Shown here piece by piece: positions 44,432-52,015 of a stretch of DNA of 64,000 nucleotides (position 1 is the first letter of the stretch; each line of letters starts with the position of its first letter). The position numbers and the translations under genes are program-made. Under the pieces are notes generated by a model. It saw nothing but the letters and a program-made list of their open reading frames with translations, did no database searches and was not told the DNA's origin. Source of the stretch: an uncultured Pseudomonadota bacterium (GTDB lineage Bacteria > Pseudomonadota > Gammaproteobacteria > Burkholderiales > SG8-39); the NCBI GenBank assembly GCA_903834835.1, contig CAILKO010000008.1, positions 82,684 to 146,683 of the forward strand. Direction: 5' to 3'.

Positions 44432-44871
44432 GAACCATCCTTCTTCAGCACCCAGCAGCTGTTGCCCTGGCCCGACCAGCCCGAGGGCAGGCCCAGCGTG
44501 CGGCGCGTGTTGAGTTCGTTGATCGTGTACTGGAAGTTCGCCATGCTGTTGATGCCCTGGGCGGTGACCGTGTAGGTCGTCGCCGCAATCGTGCAGGAGA
44601 AGGTGAAATTGCTGGTCGCCGTCGGCACCGGGGCAACGGTGGCCGGCTGGCACGCGCCTGTGTAGAAGCGGTTGTCCTGGAAGTACTGTTCGAGCTTGAC
44701 GCGCATGTCGAGCAGGTTCGAGGTGGCTTCGGTGATCTTGCCGCGCCGCACGTAGTCGGTATAGGCCGGCACCGCGATCACGGCCAGGATGGAGATGATG
44801 GCGACGACGATCATCAGTTCGATGAGCGTGAAGCCGCGAGACGGGAGCAGTCGCTGGAGTTGTGTTTTCAT
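44425..44871 (-). CDS. pilE: PilE-type type IV pilin (minor pilin)
   Basis: Start at ATG 44871: MKTQLQRLLPSRGFTLIELMIVVAIISILAVIAVPAYTDYVRRGKITEATSNL. There is a C-terminal Cys pair (..NSCWVLKKDGSC). 148 aa. Confidence 0.8.
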   Translation of the reverse strand: MKTQLQRLLPSRGFTLIELMIVVAIISILAVIAVPAYTDYVRRGKITEATSNLLDMRVKLEQYFQDNRFYTGACQPATVAPVPTATSNFTFSCTIAATTYTVTAQGINSMANFQYTINELNTRRTLGLPSGWSGQGNSCWVLKKDGSC

Positions 44872-44894
44872 TTTCCGGGCCCTTTGTGGATTGA

Positions 44895-44923
44895 ATGGTA
44901 TGCAGTGCGTAGGCGTTTGCGAA
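44895..44923 (-). promoter_or_regulatory. Candidate sigma70-type promoter of the minor-pilin operon
   Basis: On the minus strand: TTCGCA (44923-44918), a 17-nt spacer, then TACCAT (44900-44895), about 25-50 nt upstream of the pilE ATG. The -35 element lies inside the palindrome TGCGAA-G-TTCGCA (44918-44930). The match to consensus is weak. Confidence 0.3.
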
Positions 44924-44929
44924 CTTCGC

Positions 44930-44940
44930 ATGACGAACGG
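44930..44940 (-). promoter_or_regulatory. AlgR-type box CCGTTCGTC(AT), proximal copy
   Basis: The minus strand reads CCGTTCGTCAT, 59-69 nt upstream of the pilE ATG and just upstream of the candidate -35. It is an exact match to the 9-mer core I recall for P. aeruginosa AlgR sites. Confidence 0.35.
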
Positions 44941-45091
44941 CGCTGGCGCGGGCATGAGCGGCGTACCGGCAGGCCCGACGAGTGAACTATTGCACACTTC
45001 GGGGGGCAGGGCAGCGCTCAAGCAGTGCTGCGCAACGGTCCCGAAGGTTCCGCGCAGGTGCCGTCAGCACCTGCCTTGCGCCGAAGATACC

Positions 45092-45700
45092 TCAGCGCGG
45101 CGCGTACGGGCCCTTGGGTGCCGCCGGGCTCGCTTCAGGGGTCACTGGCCGCGCAACGGGCGCTTTCTCGGCGCGCTCGGCTTCGGTGGCATAGTCGTCC
45201 GGTATCGCCGGTGCCGGCTGGCTGCGTGCGGGGAGCAGTCCTTCGCGCGGGTAGCCGGCGCTGTCGAGCAGCGTGTCGTATTCGGACTGGGCAAAGCCCT
45301 TGTAGACCGTCTGCCCGACGGTGAGGACCGGAACTTCATTGCTGCCGGAGATCTGCTTCAGTTTCTCGTTCGACTCCTGATCCCAGACCTGGACCTCCTT
45401 GAACGGAATGCCGCGCCGATTCAACGCGTCGCGCGCGAGCTTGCAGGGTGCATCGCAGCCCGGCGAGCTGTAGAGCGTGACCGGGAAATTGCGCGTCACC
45501 TGCTCGATGACGAACGGGGTCGCCGGGGTCGCCGGGGCGGTCTGTGTGCCGAGGGCCTCGCGCTTCTGTATGTTGCGCGCGCCGGCGGGCGGGGGCGTAT
45601 CGGTGAGATGCACCCGCCCGCGTTCGTCGGTCCAGCGATAGAGCTGAGCACTTGCGGCGCAAGTCCATCCGAGTAAGACGATGATCAGGTAGCGGCGCAT
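45092..45700 (-). CDS. Secreted DUF4124 + glutaredoxin-like domain protein
   Basis: 202 aa. It has a signal peptide (MRRYLIIVLLGWTCAASA) and a DUF4124-like LYRWTDERGRVHLTDTPPP. The glutaredoxin-like part is VTLYSSPGCDAPCKLARDALNRRGIPFKEVQV...VPVLTVGQTVYKGF. The Cys pair spacing is C-x3-C rather than C-x2-C. Confidence 0.65.
   Translation of the reverse strand: MRRYLIIVLLGWTCAASAQLYRWTDERGRVHLTDTPPPAGARNIQKREALGTQTAPATPATPFVIEQVTRNFPVTLYSSPGCDAPCKLARDALNRRGIPFKEVQVWDQESNEKLKQISGSNEVPVLTVGQTVYKGFAQSEYDTLLDSAGYPREGLLPARSQPAPAIPDDYATEAERAEKAPVARPVTPEASPAAPKGPYAPR
45507..45517 (-). promoter_or_regulatory. AlgR-type box CCGTTCGTC(AT), distal copy
   Basis: The identical 11-mer CCGTTCGTCAT occurs on the minus strand about 640 nt upstream of the pilE ATG, inside the glutaredoxin-like coding region (codons ..PFVIE..). 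Confidence 0.3.
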
Positions 45701-45919
45701 CGCAGGTCCTGCATGATTGCTTCAGCATTTGATGATAGCACCTGCCTGCTTGCGGGAGCCTGCGGGCGAGGCGAGGCAGAACGAAGGCGGTGTGCGGTAT
45801 TTCTCCATCGGGCGCAATTCGGGGAATTGCGCCCGGCCCGTCTTGTAAACTCGCCGACTTCCGAGGCAGGTACATGTTTGTCGCAGCCGGTTTGCCGGCG
45901 CACCACTGCGGAGATCGCG

Positions 45920-46732
45920 ATGCACAGTCGTCTGACGTTCGTCCTGCTGGCCATGCTGTTCCATGCGCTCGTCCCTGCGGCCGCACACGCGCAGAGCGCG
46001 GCTCCTGCCGCGGGCATCGAGGCCCTGCGCATCGAGGTGCAGCGCCTGAGAGCCGATATCGAGGTGATGAAAAAGCACATCGGCACCATCGCGCAGTTCC
46101 TGCAGCAGCGCGAAGGCATCGCCCAGATTGCCTCGCCTGATCGCGCTGCGCCCGTTCCGGGCGGCGGGTCCGCGCCGCTGAATCTGGAGGGCGCGCCGGT
46201 GCTCGGCCGTGCCGACGCGCCGGTCACGATGATCGAATTCTCGGATTTCGAATGTCCCTTCTGTCAGCGCTATTCCGCGTCCGTGTTCCCGGAGATCAAG
46301 CGCGAATACATCGACACCGGCAAGCTGCGCTATGTGTTCATGGATTTTCCGCTGGAGCAGATTCATCCCAACTCGCGTCGGGCAGCCGAGGCGGCTTACT
46401 GCGCCGGCCAGCAGTCCGCGTTCTGGCCGATGCATGACCGGCTGTTCGCCAACCAGAACGAACTCGGTGCAGCGCAGCTCCTCGGGCATGCGCGGCAACT
46501 GGGATTGAATGCCGAGGCGTTCGAGCGCTGCATCGCCTCAGGCCAGCATGCGGCATGGATCAACCGCGGCCTGTCTGCTGGCGCGAGCGTGGGGGTCACC
46601 GCCACGCCGACATTTCTGCTGGCCCGTACGGGCTCGAAGGACGGCCTGAACGGGGCGACGCGCGTGATCGGCGCGCAGCCCGTGGAGAATTTCCGCAAGG
46701 CGATCGAGGAACTCCTCGCCGCCAGGCCCTGA
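45920..46732 (+). CDS. Periplasmic DsbA-family thiol:disulfide oxidoreductase (thioredoxin fold, CPFC)
   Basis: Part of ORF 45713..46732. Start is at ATG 45920 (MHSRLTFVLLAMLFHALVPAAAHA, a signal peptide). A coiled-coil-like linker is followed by APVTMIEFSDFECPFCQRY, the active-site motif. Confidence 0.8.
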   Translation: MHSRLTFVLLAMLFHALVPAAAHAQSAAPAAGIEALRIEVQRLRADIEVMKKHIGTIAQFLQQREGIAQIASPDRAAPVPGGGSAPLNLEGAPVLGRADAPVTMIEFSDFECPFCQRYSASVFPEIKREYIDTGKLRYVFMDFPLEQIHPNSRRAAEAAYCAGQQSAFWPMHDRLFANQNELGAAQLLGHARQLGLNAEAFERCIASGQHAAWINRGLSAGASVGVTATPTFLLARTGSKDGLNGATRVIGAQPVENFRKAIEELLAARP

Positions 46733-46742
46733 AAATGAAAAC

Positions 46743-46804
46743 GCCCCGGAGATACACCGCCGGGGCCTAAAACAAGACCGCCCCGGAGATATATCGCCGG
46801 GGCG
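46743..46804. terminator. Tandem duplicated GC hairpins (GCCCCGG-N10-CCGGGGC, two copies)
   Basis: The hairpins lie at 46743-46766 and 46779-46804, with a period of about 37 nt. On the minus strand each is followed by a T-rich run (GTTTTCATTTTC, GTCTTGTTTT). On the plus strand the trailing sequence is weaker (TTGTG). Confidence 0.55.
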
Positions 46805-46825
46805 TTGTGCTGCGCAGGCTGCCGG

Positions 46826-46921
46826 CTAGCGGCGGCAGGCTCCCCGCGATCCGCAGTCTAGAACTGATCCGCCGATCATGGACTTGCCGTGCGAGCCGGA
46901 CTTGCCTATGCGATGTTTCAC
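46826..46921 (-). CDS. Candidate unannotated small ORF (31 aa) with an extended Shine-Dalgarno sequence
   Basis: The minus strand reads AAGGAGGTGATCC followed by GTG. The sequence is 13 nt complementary to the 16S 3' tail, with 6 nt between GGAGG and the start codon. The ORF encodes MKHRIGKSGSHGKSMIGGSVLDCGSRGACRR and ends in TAG. An extended -10 motif lies upstream and the tandem terminator hairpins lie downstream. It is too short for the ORF track. Confidence 0.35.
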   Translation of the reverse strand: MKHRIGKSGSHGKSMIGGSVLDCGSRGACRR

Positions 46922-46952
46922 GGATCACCTCCTTTCAAAGTTGGGAGTGGCC

Positions 46953-46961
46953 AATATAGCA
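46953..46961 (-). promoter_or_regulatory. Candidate extended -10 element (TGCTATATT) for the small ORF
   Basis: The minus strand reads TGcTATATT about 32 nt upstream of the GTG at 46921. I see no convincing -35 element. Confidence 0.3.
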
Positions 46962-47026
46962 CGCGGTATTCGGGTGTTTGCGCAGGCTCGTCGGGGGCTG
47001 CATGGGCGCGAATGCGCCAGCCGGGT

Positions 47027-47035
47027 TGCTATAAT
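47027..47035 (+). promoter_or_regulatory. Candidate extended -10 element (TGCTATAAT) for tRNA-Thr
   Basis: The plus strand reads TGcTATAAT, 80 nt upstream of the mature tRNA 5' end. It is divergent from the 46953-46961 element. Confidence 0.3.
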
Positions 47036-47114
47036 TCCGCTCGTTGTATTTGCCGCCATCGGTCGTCAGCAGCAGGCCGGGCGGAGCGGCCGGGCGCAGC
47101 AGCCCGCGTCGAGG

Positions 47115-47190
47115 GCCGGAATAGCTCAGTTGGTAGAGCAGCGCATTCGTAATGCGAAGGTCGTAGGTTCGACTCCTATTTCCGGCACCA
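47115..47190 (+). tRNA. tRNA-Thr (anticodon CGU)
   Basis: 76 nt, folded by hand. Acceptor GCCGGAA/UUCCGGC; D arm GCUC-AGUUGGUA-GAGC; anticodon arm GCGCA-UUCGUAA-UGCGA (27-43 is a G-A mismatch; anticodon CGU); variable loop AGGUC; T arm GUAGG-UUCGACU-CCUAU; discriminator A and an encoded CCA. Confidence 0.92.
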
Positions 47191-47331
47191 TGCTCCGATG
47201 CTCAGTAGCCGTACGGGTTGCCAGGTTCCGCGCGATCGGTCCGGCAGCTTCCTCCGCCGGGGCCCTCGGTCTGCATTCCTGAATTTCCTGCCAGAATCTC
47301 CCTCTTGTATTCCCCCGATTGCGAGGTAACC

Positions 47332-48855
47332 ATGAGCGCCAGTGCAAACATCCCGGCAAACATCACCGATCCGATACGCGAGCACGCCCGCGCGACGCCG
47401 GAGGCACAGGCGGTGATCCTGCATTCGGGCGAGGCCGTTTCCTACGCGATGCTGGAACGCGCGATCGACGCGGTCGCGGCTGGCCTTAGGGGTGACGGCA
47501 TCCGTCCCGGTGACACGGTTTGCGTGCGGACGCCTAACGGATACCAGGATCTCGTCGCGCGGCTTGCGATCGCCCGTCTCGGAGCCGTGATCGCGCCGGC
47601 AACGATGCCGAATGGTGGGCCGGACACCGTAGTCGGAGTCGAGGGGCAAGGAACGGGCGCTGCGAGGTTCATCCCCCTAGCGATGCTTTGGACTGATCGC
47701 GTTGAAAGAGGCGGCAACGCCGCCGAAGTTCCGATGCATCAGGATCCCGATGCCGTCTGTGCGTACTTCCCAACATCCGGAACGACGGGTCAATCCAAGC
47801 TCGTGGCAGTATCCCACCGGCTCCTTGCTCGCCGGATATTGTCAGTAGGAGAAGCGTGGAAACTGACGGTTGCACCCCGGGAGATCTGTTCGATCGGTCC
47901 AGCGATATTTCCCGGATTCCGTTTTCGGATGCAGACGCTTTGGGAAGCGGGGACAATAGTCATGGTGGGTAGCGCTCAGCAGACGCTGAACGCGCTTGCG
48001 CGCGGCGCGGTGAACCGGATGGTCATGACGCCCAGTACACTTGAGAGTCTTCTTCGCCATGTGCCCGCGGACTTCACCAGGCCTGCCTCGCTGCTGGCGA
48101 TCGCTTCAACAGGGACGCTCTTGCCGGACGCGGTCTATGCGATGGCCCGTGAGCGTCTGTGTGCAAACGTAGTCTCGATGTATGGGTCGACCGAATCCTT
48201 CCTCGTTGCCTGGGGGAAGGCAGAGGCTTTGCAGGGGCACCCCGGCGCCGTTGGTTATCTCGCGCCAGGGATCGAGGTCCAAGTCGTGGGTGAGGATGAT
48301 CGGCCCGTTCCCGAGGGAACGCGGGGAAGGCTCCGCGTGCGTGGCGAAACCTGTGTAAATGGATACGCCTTTGACCCGGAGGCCACGGCAAAGGTGTTTC
48401 GCGATGGATGGTTTTACCCGGGTGATGAGGCCGTTGTCGCACGCGATGGCATGCTCACCGTAGTGGGAAGAACGACAGAAGTCATTAACAAGGGGGGCAA
48501 TAAGATAAGCCCCGATGTAGTCGAGAAAGTCCTTCGATCATTCTCCGGAATCAGCGACGCGGCCGCCTTCGCGATGCCATCGACATCTGGTGGCACACGC
48601 GTCTGGGCGGCCATTGTCTCGGCCACGCCGGGCGTGCGCCCGGACGTTGCCCGGCTGCGCGAGTTCTGCAAGGAGCGTCTCAAGCTCCACGCTCCCGATT
48701 TCTACCTGCTGGTGAAGGCGATCCCGCGCAACGACATGGGCAAGATCCAGCGCCAGCCGCTGCAGGCGATGGCAGCCAAGCAGATCGAGAACTGGAAGAG
48801 TCGCCAGACAGGGTCTGGCTCCGGGTCCGGAACCGGCCCGAAGGTCATTCACTAG
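47332..48855 (+). CDS. Adenylate-forming enzyme (ANL superfamily, acyl-CoA synthetase-like), paralog 1
   Basis: Part of ORF 47218..48855, with the ATG at 47332 preceded by GAGG. Motifs: YFPTSGTTGQSKLV (A3), MYGSTE (A5), GWFYPGDEA (A7), GRTTEVINKGGNKISP (A8), PRNDMGKIQR (A10). GC3 is visibly lower than in neighbouring genes. Confidence 0.85.
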   Translation: MSASANIPANITDPIREHARATPEAQAVILHSGEAVSYAMLERAIDAVAAGLRGDGIRPGDTVCVRTPNGYQDLVARLAIARLGAVIAPATMPNGGPDTVVGVEGQGTGAARFIPLAMLWTDRVERGGNAAEVPMHQDPDAVCAYFPTSGTTGQSKLVAVSHRLLARRILSVGEAWKLTVAPREICSIGPAIFPGFRFRMQTLWEAGTIVMVGSAQQTLNALARGAVNRMVMTPSTLESLLRHVPADFTRPASLLAIASTGTLLPDAVYAMARERLCANVVSMYGSTESFLVAWGKAEALQGHPGAVGYLAPGIEVQVVGEDDRPVPEGTRGRLRVRGETCVNGYAFDPEATAKVFRDGWFYPGDEAVVARDGMLTVVGRTTEVINKGGNKISPDVVEKVLRSFSGISDAAAFAMPSTSGGTRVWAAIVSATPGVRPDVARLREFCKERLKLHAPDFYLLVKAIPRNDMGKIQRQPLQAMAAKQIENWKSRQTGSGSGSGTGPKVIH

Positions 48856-48866
48856 GAACGCACCAC

Positions 48867-50381
48867 GTGGCTGCCGGCGCATTGCCCTTGAATATCACCG
48901 ACCCGATTCGCGACCATGCGGCGGCGACGCCGCTCGCCGACGCGATCGTGCGCGAGGACGGTGAGGTGATCTGCTATCGCGATCTGGATCGCGCGATCGA
49001 CGGCATCGCCGCGGGCCTGCGGGATTGCGGCATCCAGGCAGGCGCAATCGTGCGGGTCGAGACGCCGAATGCCTATCGCAATCTGGTCGCGCGGCTTGCG
49101 CTCGCGCGCATGGGGGCGGCCTTCGCGCCGGAGACCCTGCCGGAAGCAGAGTTCGACGCGGTACTGGGCCAGGTCGAGGGTGGCAGTACCACCCGGCCGC
49201 GGCAGCTATCGCTGAAGTCGCTCTGGGCGGACTGGGTGGATTCCGGACGCAGGCTGCCGGAATCGGTTTCGAACGAGGACGCCTCCGCGATTTGCGGTTT
49301 CTTTCCGACATCCGGAACCACAGGCACGTCGCGGCATGTCGCGGCCAGCCATGAATTGCTTGCACGCCGTCTTGCAGCCTGGGGTGATATGCCGCCTAGG
49401 GTTCGGCCTCCGCGTGAACTCTCCACGATAGGATCGGCGACCATTTACGGTTTCACGACGCGCCTGCGCACGCTCTGGCAGGGCGGCGCCATCATCGTGG
49501 CGCAAGCCGCTGCAACCGTGCCTGCTCTGAACAAGTTTCGCGTGAGCAGGCTCGTGATTGCGCCGAATGCCTTGCATCACCTGCTCGAGCAACTGCCCGC
49601 CGGCTCGCCGCGCCCGGCCAGTCTTGAAGAGATCGAGACGAGCGGCGCCTTGCTGCCCGATCCGGTGTATTTCGCGGCGCGGGACCGACTCTGCACGCAG
49701 ATCACGTCCGGATACGGCTCCACGGAGGCGGGATGGATAACGCTCACGCCTGCGGGGGAACTCAGCGCCCGGCCTGGGGCGGTGGGATTTGTGGTGCCGG
49801 GTATCGAGATCCAGGTTGTTGGCGCTGATGCCGCGCCGCTGCCCGCGGGGAGCGCGGGTGCGCTGCGCATCCGGGGCGCGAGCTGCGTGATGGAGTACTA
49901 CCGTGATCCGGAGGCGAGCGCACAGGTGTTCCGCGACGGCTGGTTCTATCCGGGCGACGAAGCGATGATAGGCGAGGACGGGATGCTGACGCTCGTCGGA
50001 CGCACGAGCGAAGTGATCAACAAGGGCGGGCAGAAGATCAGCCCTCGGGTCGTCGAGGAAGTGGTGTTGTCGGCGCCCGGTGTGCGGGATGCCGCGGCCT
50101 TCGGCGTGACCCTTCCTTCCGGCGTGACCCAGCTCTGGGCCGCCATCGTGCTCGATGACGATGCCCCGGCGAGTTCCGGTGCCGCTGCGATGCGTGAACT
50201 GTGCGCCGAGCGCCTGAAGGTGAGCGCGCCCGACGTATTTCTGCGCCTGAAGGAAATCCCGCGCAACGAAATGGGCAAGATCCGCAGACGTGAACTGGAA
50301 AAGATGGCGCTTGCGAGCCTGGCGCGCCGCAGGCGCGGTGCGCAGTCCGGCAAGCCGGTACGGTCAAGGACGGTGAACTAG
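48867..50381 (+). CDS. Adenylate-forming enzyme (ANL superfamily), paralog 2
   Basis: 504 aa with a GTG start, 11 nt after paralog 1. It is collinear with paralog 1 at roughly half identical residues by eye. Motifs: FFPTSGTTGTSRHV (Arg in place of the usual Lys), GYGSTE, GWFYPGDEA, GRTSEVINKGGQKISP, PRNEMGKIRR. The C-terminal tail is Arg-rich. Confidence 0.85.
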   Translation: MAAGALPLNITDPIRDHAAATPLADAIVREDGEVICYRDLDRAIDGIAAGLRDCGIQAGAIVRVETPNAYRNLVARLALARMGAAFAPETLPEAEFDAVLGQVEGGSTTRPRQLSLKSLWADWVDSGRRLPESVSNEDASAICGFFPTSGTTGTSRHVAASHELLARRLAAWGDMPPRVRPPRELSTIGSATIYGFTTRLRTLWQGGAIIVAQAAATVPALNKFRVSRLVIAPNALHHLLEQLPAGSPRPASLEEIETSGALLPDPVYFAARDRLCTQITSGYGSTEAGWITLTPAGELSARPGAVGFVVPGIEIQVVGADAAPLPAGSAGALRIRGASCVMEYYRDPEASAQVFRDGWFYPGDEAMIGEDGMLTLVGRTSEVINKGGQKISPRVVEEVVLSAPGVRDAAAFGVTLPSGVTQLWAAIVLDDDAPASSGAAAMRELCAERLKVSAPDVFLRLKEIPRNEMGKIRRRELEKMALASLARRRRGAQSGKPVRSRTVN

Positions 50382-50420
50382 CGCGCCCTCAAAGTACTTT
50401 CGGGGCGTCGACGGGACGAA

Positions 50421-50465
50421 ATAAAAAAGCCGGCGGAGGGAATTCCTCCAGCCGGCTTTTTCTTG
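50421..50465. terminator. Bidirectional intrinsic terminator
   Basis: AAAAAAGCCGGCGGAGG-GAATT-CCTCCAGCCGGCTTTTTC: a long GC stem flanked by an A-run and a T-run. It lies between the convergent ligase paralog 2 and tctA. Confidence 0.8.
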
Positions 50466-50477
50466 CGCGGAGCGGGT

Positions 50478-51992
50478 TCAGTCGTCTTCGACGAACACTT
50501 CCTGGCGCTTCTTGCGGATGAAGGGCAGCGCAAGAATGATCAGCAGCACGATGGAGGCGATCATGAAGCCCGAGGAGATCGGCCGCGTGAAGAACACCGT
50601 CGCATCGCCGCGCGAGAGCAGCATCGCGCGCCGCAGGTTCTCCTCCATGAGCGGTCCGAGCACCACACCGAGCGCGAGCGGCGCCATCTCCATCTCGAGC
50701 TTCACGCACAGGATGCCGAAGAATCCGAAGGCGGCGAGCACGATCATGTCGAAGGGATCGTTCGTGAGACTGAAGGTGCCGATCGCCATGAACACGATGA
50801 TCGCCGGCGCCATGTAGCGGTAGGGGATCTGCAGCAGCTTCACCCACATGCCCACGAGCGGCAGGTTCAGCACGACGAGCATCAGATTGCCGACCCACAT
50901 CGAGACGATGAGGCCCCAGAAGAGATCCGGTTTGGAGGTCATCACCTGCGGCCCCGGTGCGATGCCCTGGATCATCATCGCGCCGATCATCAGCGCCATC
51001 ACGATGTTGCTCGGGATGCCGAGCGTTAGCATCGGGATGAAGGAAGTCTGCGCAGCCGCGTTGTTCGCGGTTTCCGGACCCGCGACGCCCGCGATCGCAC
51101 CCTTGCCGAATTCCTCGGGGTGCTTCGACACCTTCTTCTCGATCATGTAGGAGGCGAAGGAGGCGATCAGTCCGCCGCCGCCCGGCAGCAGGCCCAGAGC
51201 CGAGCCGAGGCCGGTAGCGCGGATGATCGGCCAGAAGGATGCCTTCAGGTCGGGCAGGGTCGGCATCAGATTGAGCTTCTCCTTGGTGAAGACCTCGCGG
51301 CCCTCGTCCTTGTGCTCCATGTTCTTGATGATCTCGCCCATGCCGTACATGCCCATGAAAATGGGAACGAGGCCGATGCCGTCGGAAAGCTGGGGTACGC
51401 TGAAGGTGAAGCGCAGCACGCCCGAGTTCACATCGGTGCCGACGATGCCGAACAAGAGGCCGAGCAGCACCATCGCGATCGCCTTCACCACCGAGCCATG
51501 CGCAAGGATCGTCGCGGCGATCAGGCCGAAGGTCATCAGCGAGAAGTATTCCGCGGGACCGAACTTCAGCGCGACCTCGGCAAGCGGCGGGGCCGCCACG
51601 ACGACCAGCAGGGTCGCGAAGCAGCCGCCGACGAAGGAGCCGATGGCGGAGATGGCGAGCGCAGGTCCGGCACGTCCCCGCCGGGCCATCTGGTAGCCGT
51701 CCAGCGTGGTCACCACGGAGGAGATCTCCCCGGGAATATTGACCAGAATCGCGGTTGTCGAGCCGCCGTACTGGGCGCCGTAGTAGATGCCCGCCAGCAT
51801 GATGAGCGACGAGGTCGGATTCAGCGTGAAGGTGATCGGCAGCAGCATCGCGATCGTTGCCGTCGGCCCGATGCCGGGCAGCACGCCGATCAGGGTGCCG
51901 AGCAGCACGCCGATCAGGCAGTACATCAGGTTGATCGGCGATACCGCGACCTGAAATCCGAGCCAGAGGTTGCTGAGCAGTGACATGTCCAT
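50478..51992 (-). CDS. tctA: Tripartite tricarboxylate transporter, large permease TctA
   Basis: 504 aa and polytopic. MDMSLLSNLWLGFQVAVSPINLMYCLIGVLLGTLIGVLPGIGP and the overall pattern are typical of TctA. Confidence 0.88.
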   Translation of the reverse strand: MDMSLLSNLWLGFQVAVSPINLMYCLIGVLLGTLIGVLPGIGPTATIAMLLPITFTLNPTSSLIMLAGIYYGAQYGGSTTAILVNIPGEISSVVTTLDGYQMARRGRAGPALAISAIGSFVGGCFATLLVVVAAPPLAEVALKFGPAEYFSLMTFGLIAATILAHGSVVKAIAMVLLGLLFGIVGTDVNSGVLRFTFSVPQLSDGIGLVPIFMGMYGMGEIIKNMEHKDEGREVFTKEKLNLMPTLPDLKASFWPIIRATGLGSALGLLPGGGGLIASFASYMIEKKVSKHPEEFGKGAIAGVAGPETANNAAAQTSFIPMLTLGIPSNIVMALMIGAMMIQGIAPGPQVMTSKPDLFWGLIVSMWVGNLMLVVLNLPLVGMWVKLLQIPYRYMAPAIIVFMAIGTFSLTNDPFDMIVLAAFGFFGILCVKLEMEMAPLALGVVLGPLMEENLRRAMLLSRGDATVFFTRPISSGFMIASIVLLIILALPFIRKKRQEVFVEDD

Positions 51993-52015
51993 GTTCGTGT
52001 CTCCTCTGTTCTTCT

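Noticed and set aside
43817-45021. The long upstream extensions of the pilin ORFs in the track (MPAGHRC... for fimT, MSAALPPE... for pilE, MDQYPPGG... for pilX, MRSRSHD... for pilV)
   Set aside because: These extensions overlap the preceding gene. They would also place 40-90 residues ahead of the prepilin leader, which must sit within about 5-30 residues of the N-terminus. I chose internal starts that give short leaders before the G-F-(T/S)-L-(I/V/L)-E motif.
44872-45091. Sigma-54 (GG-N10-GC) promoter upstream of the pilin operon
   Set aside because: Reading the minus strand, I could not find a TGGCAC-N5-TTGC-like element. Only a weak sigma70-like -35/-10 pair and the AlgR-type box are present.
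46922-46936. GGATCACCTCCTTTC as a remnant of a 16S rRNA gene 3' end
   Set aside because: The identity covers only about 15 nt, and the flanking sequence bears no resemblance to 16S or ITS sequence. Read on the opposite strand, it is a Shine-Dalgarno sequence correctly spaced before a start codon.
46878-47282. 134-aa ORF spanning the tRNA-Thr gene
   Set aside because: It reads straight through a well-folding tRNA and shows no protein motifs. It is spurious.
47115-50465. tRNA-Thr-associated genomic island carrying the two ligase genes
   Set aside because: I found no integrase or recombinase gene. I also found no direct repeat of the tRNA 3' end (..GGTTCGACTCCTATTTCCGGCACCA) near the distal boundary at 50382-50478. 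Only the GC contrast of the first ligase supports foreign origin, so I do not call a mobile element.
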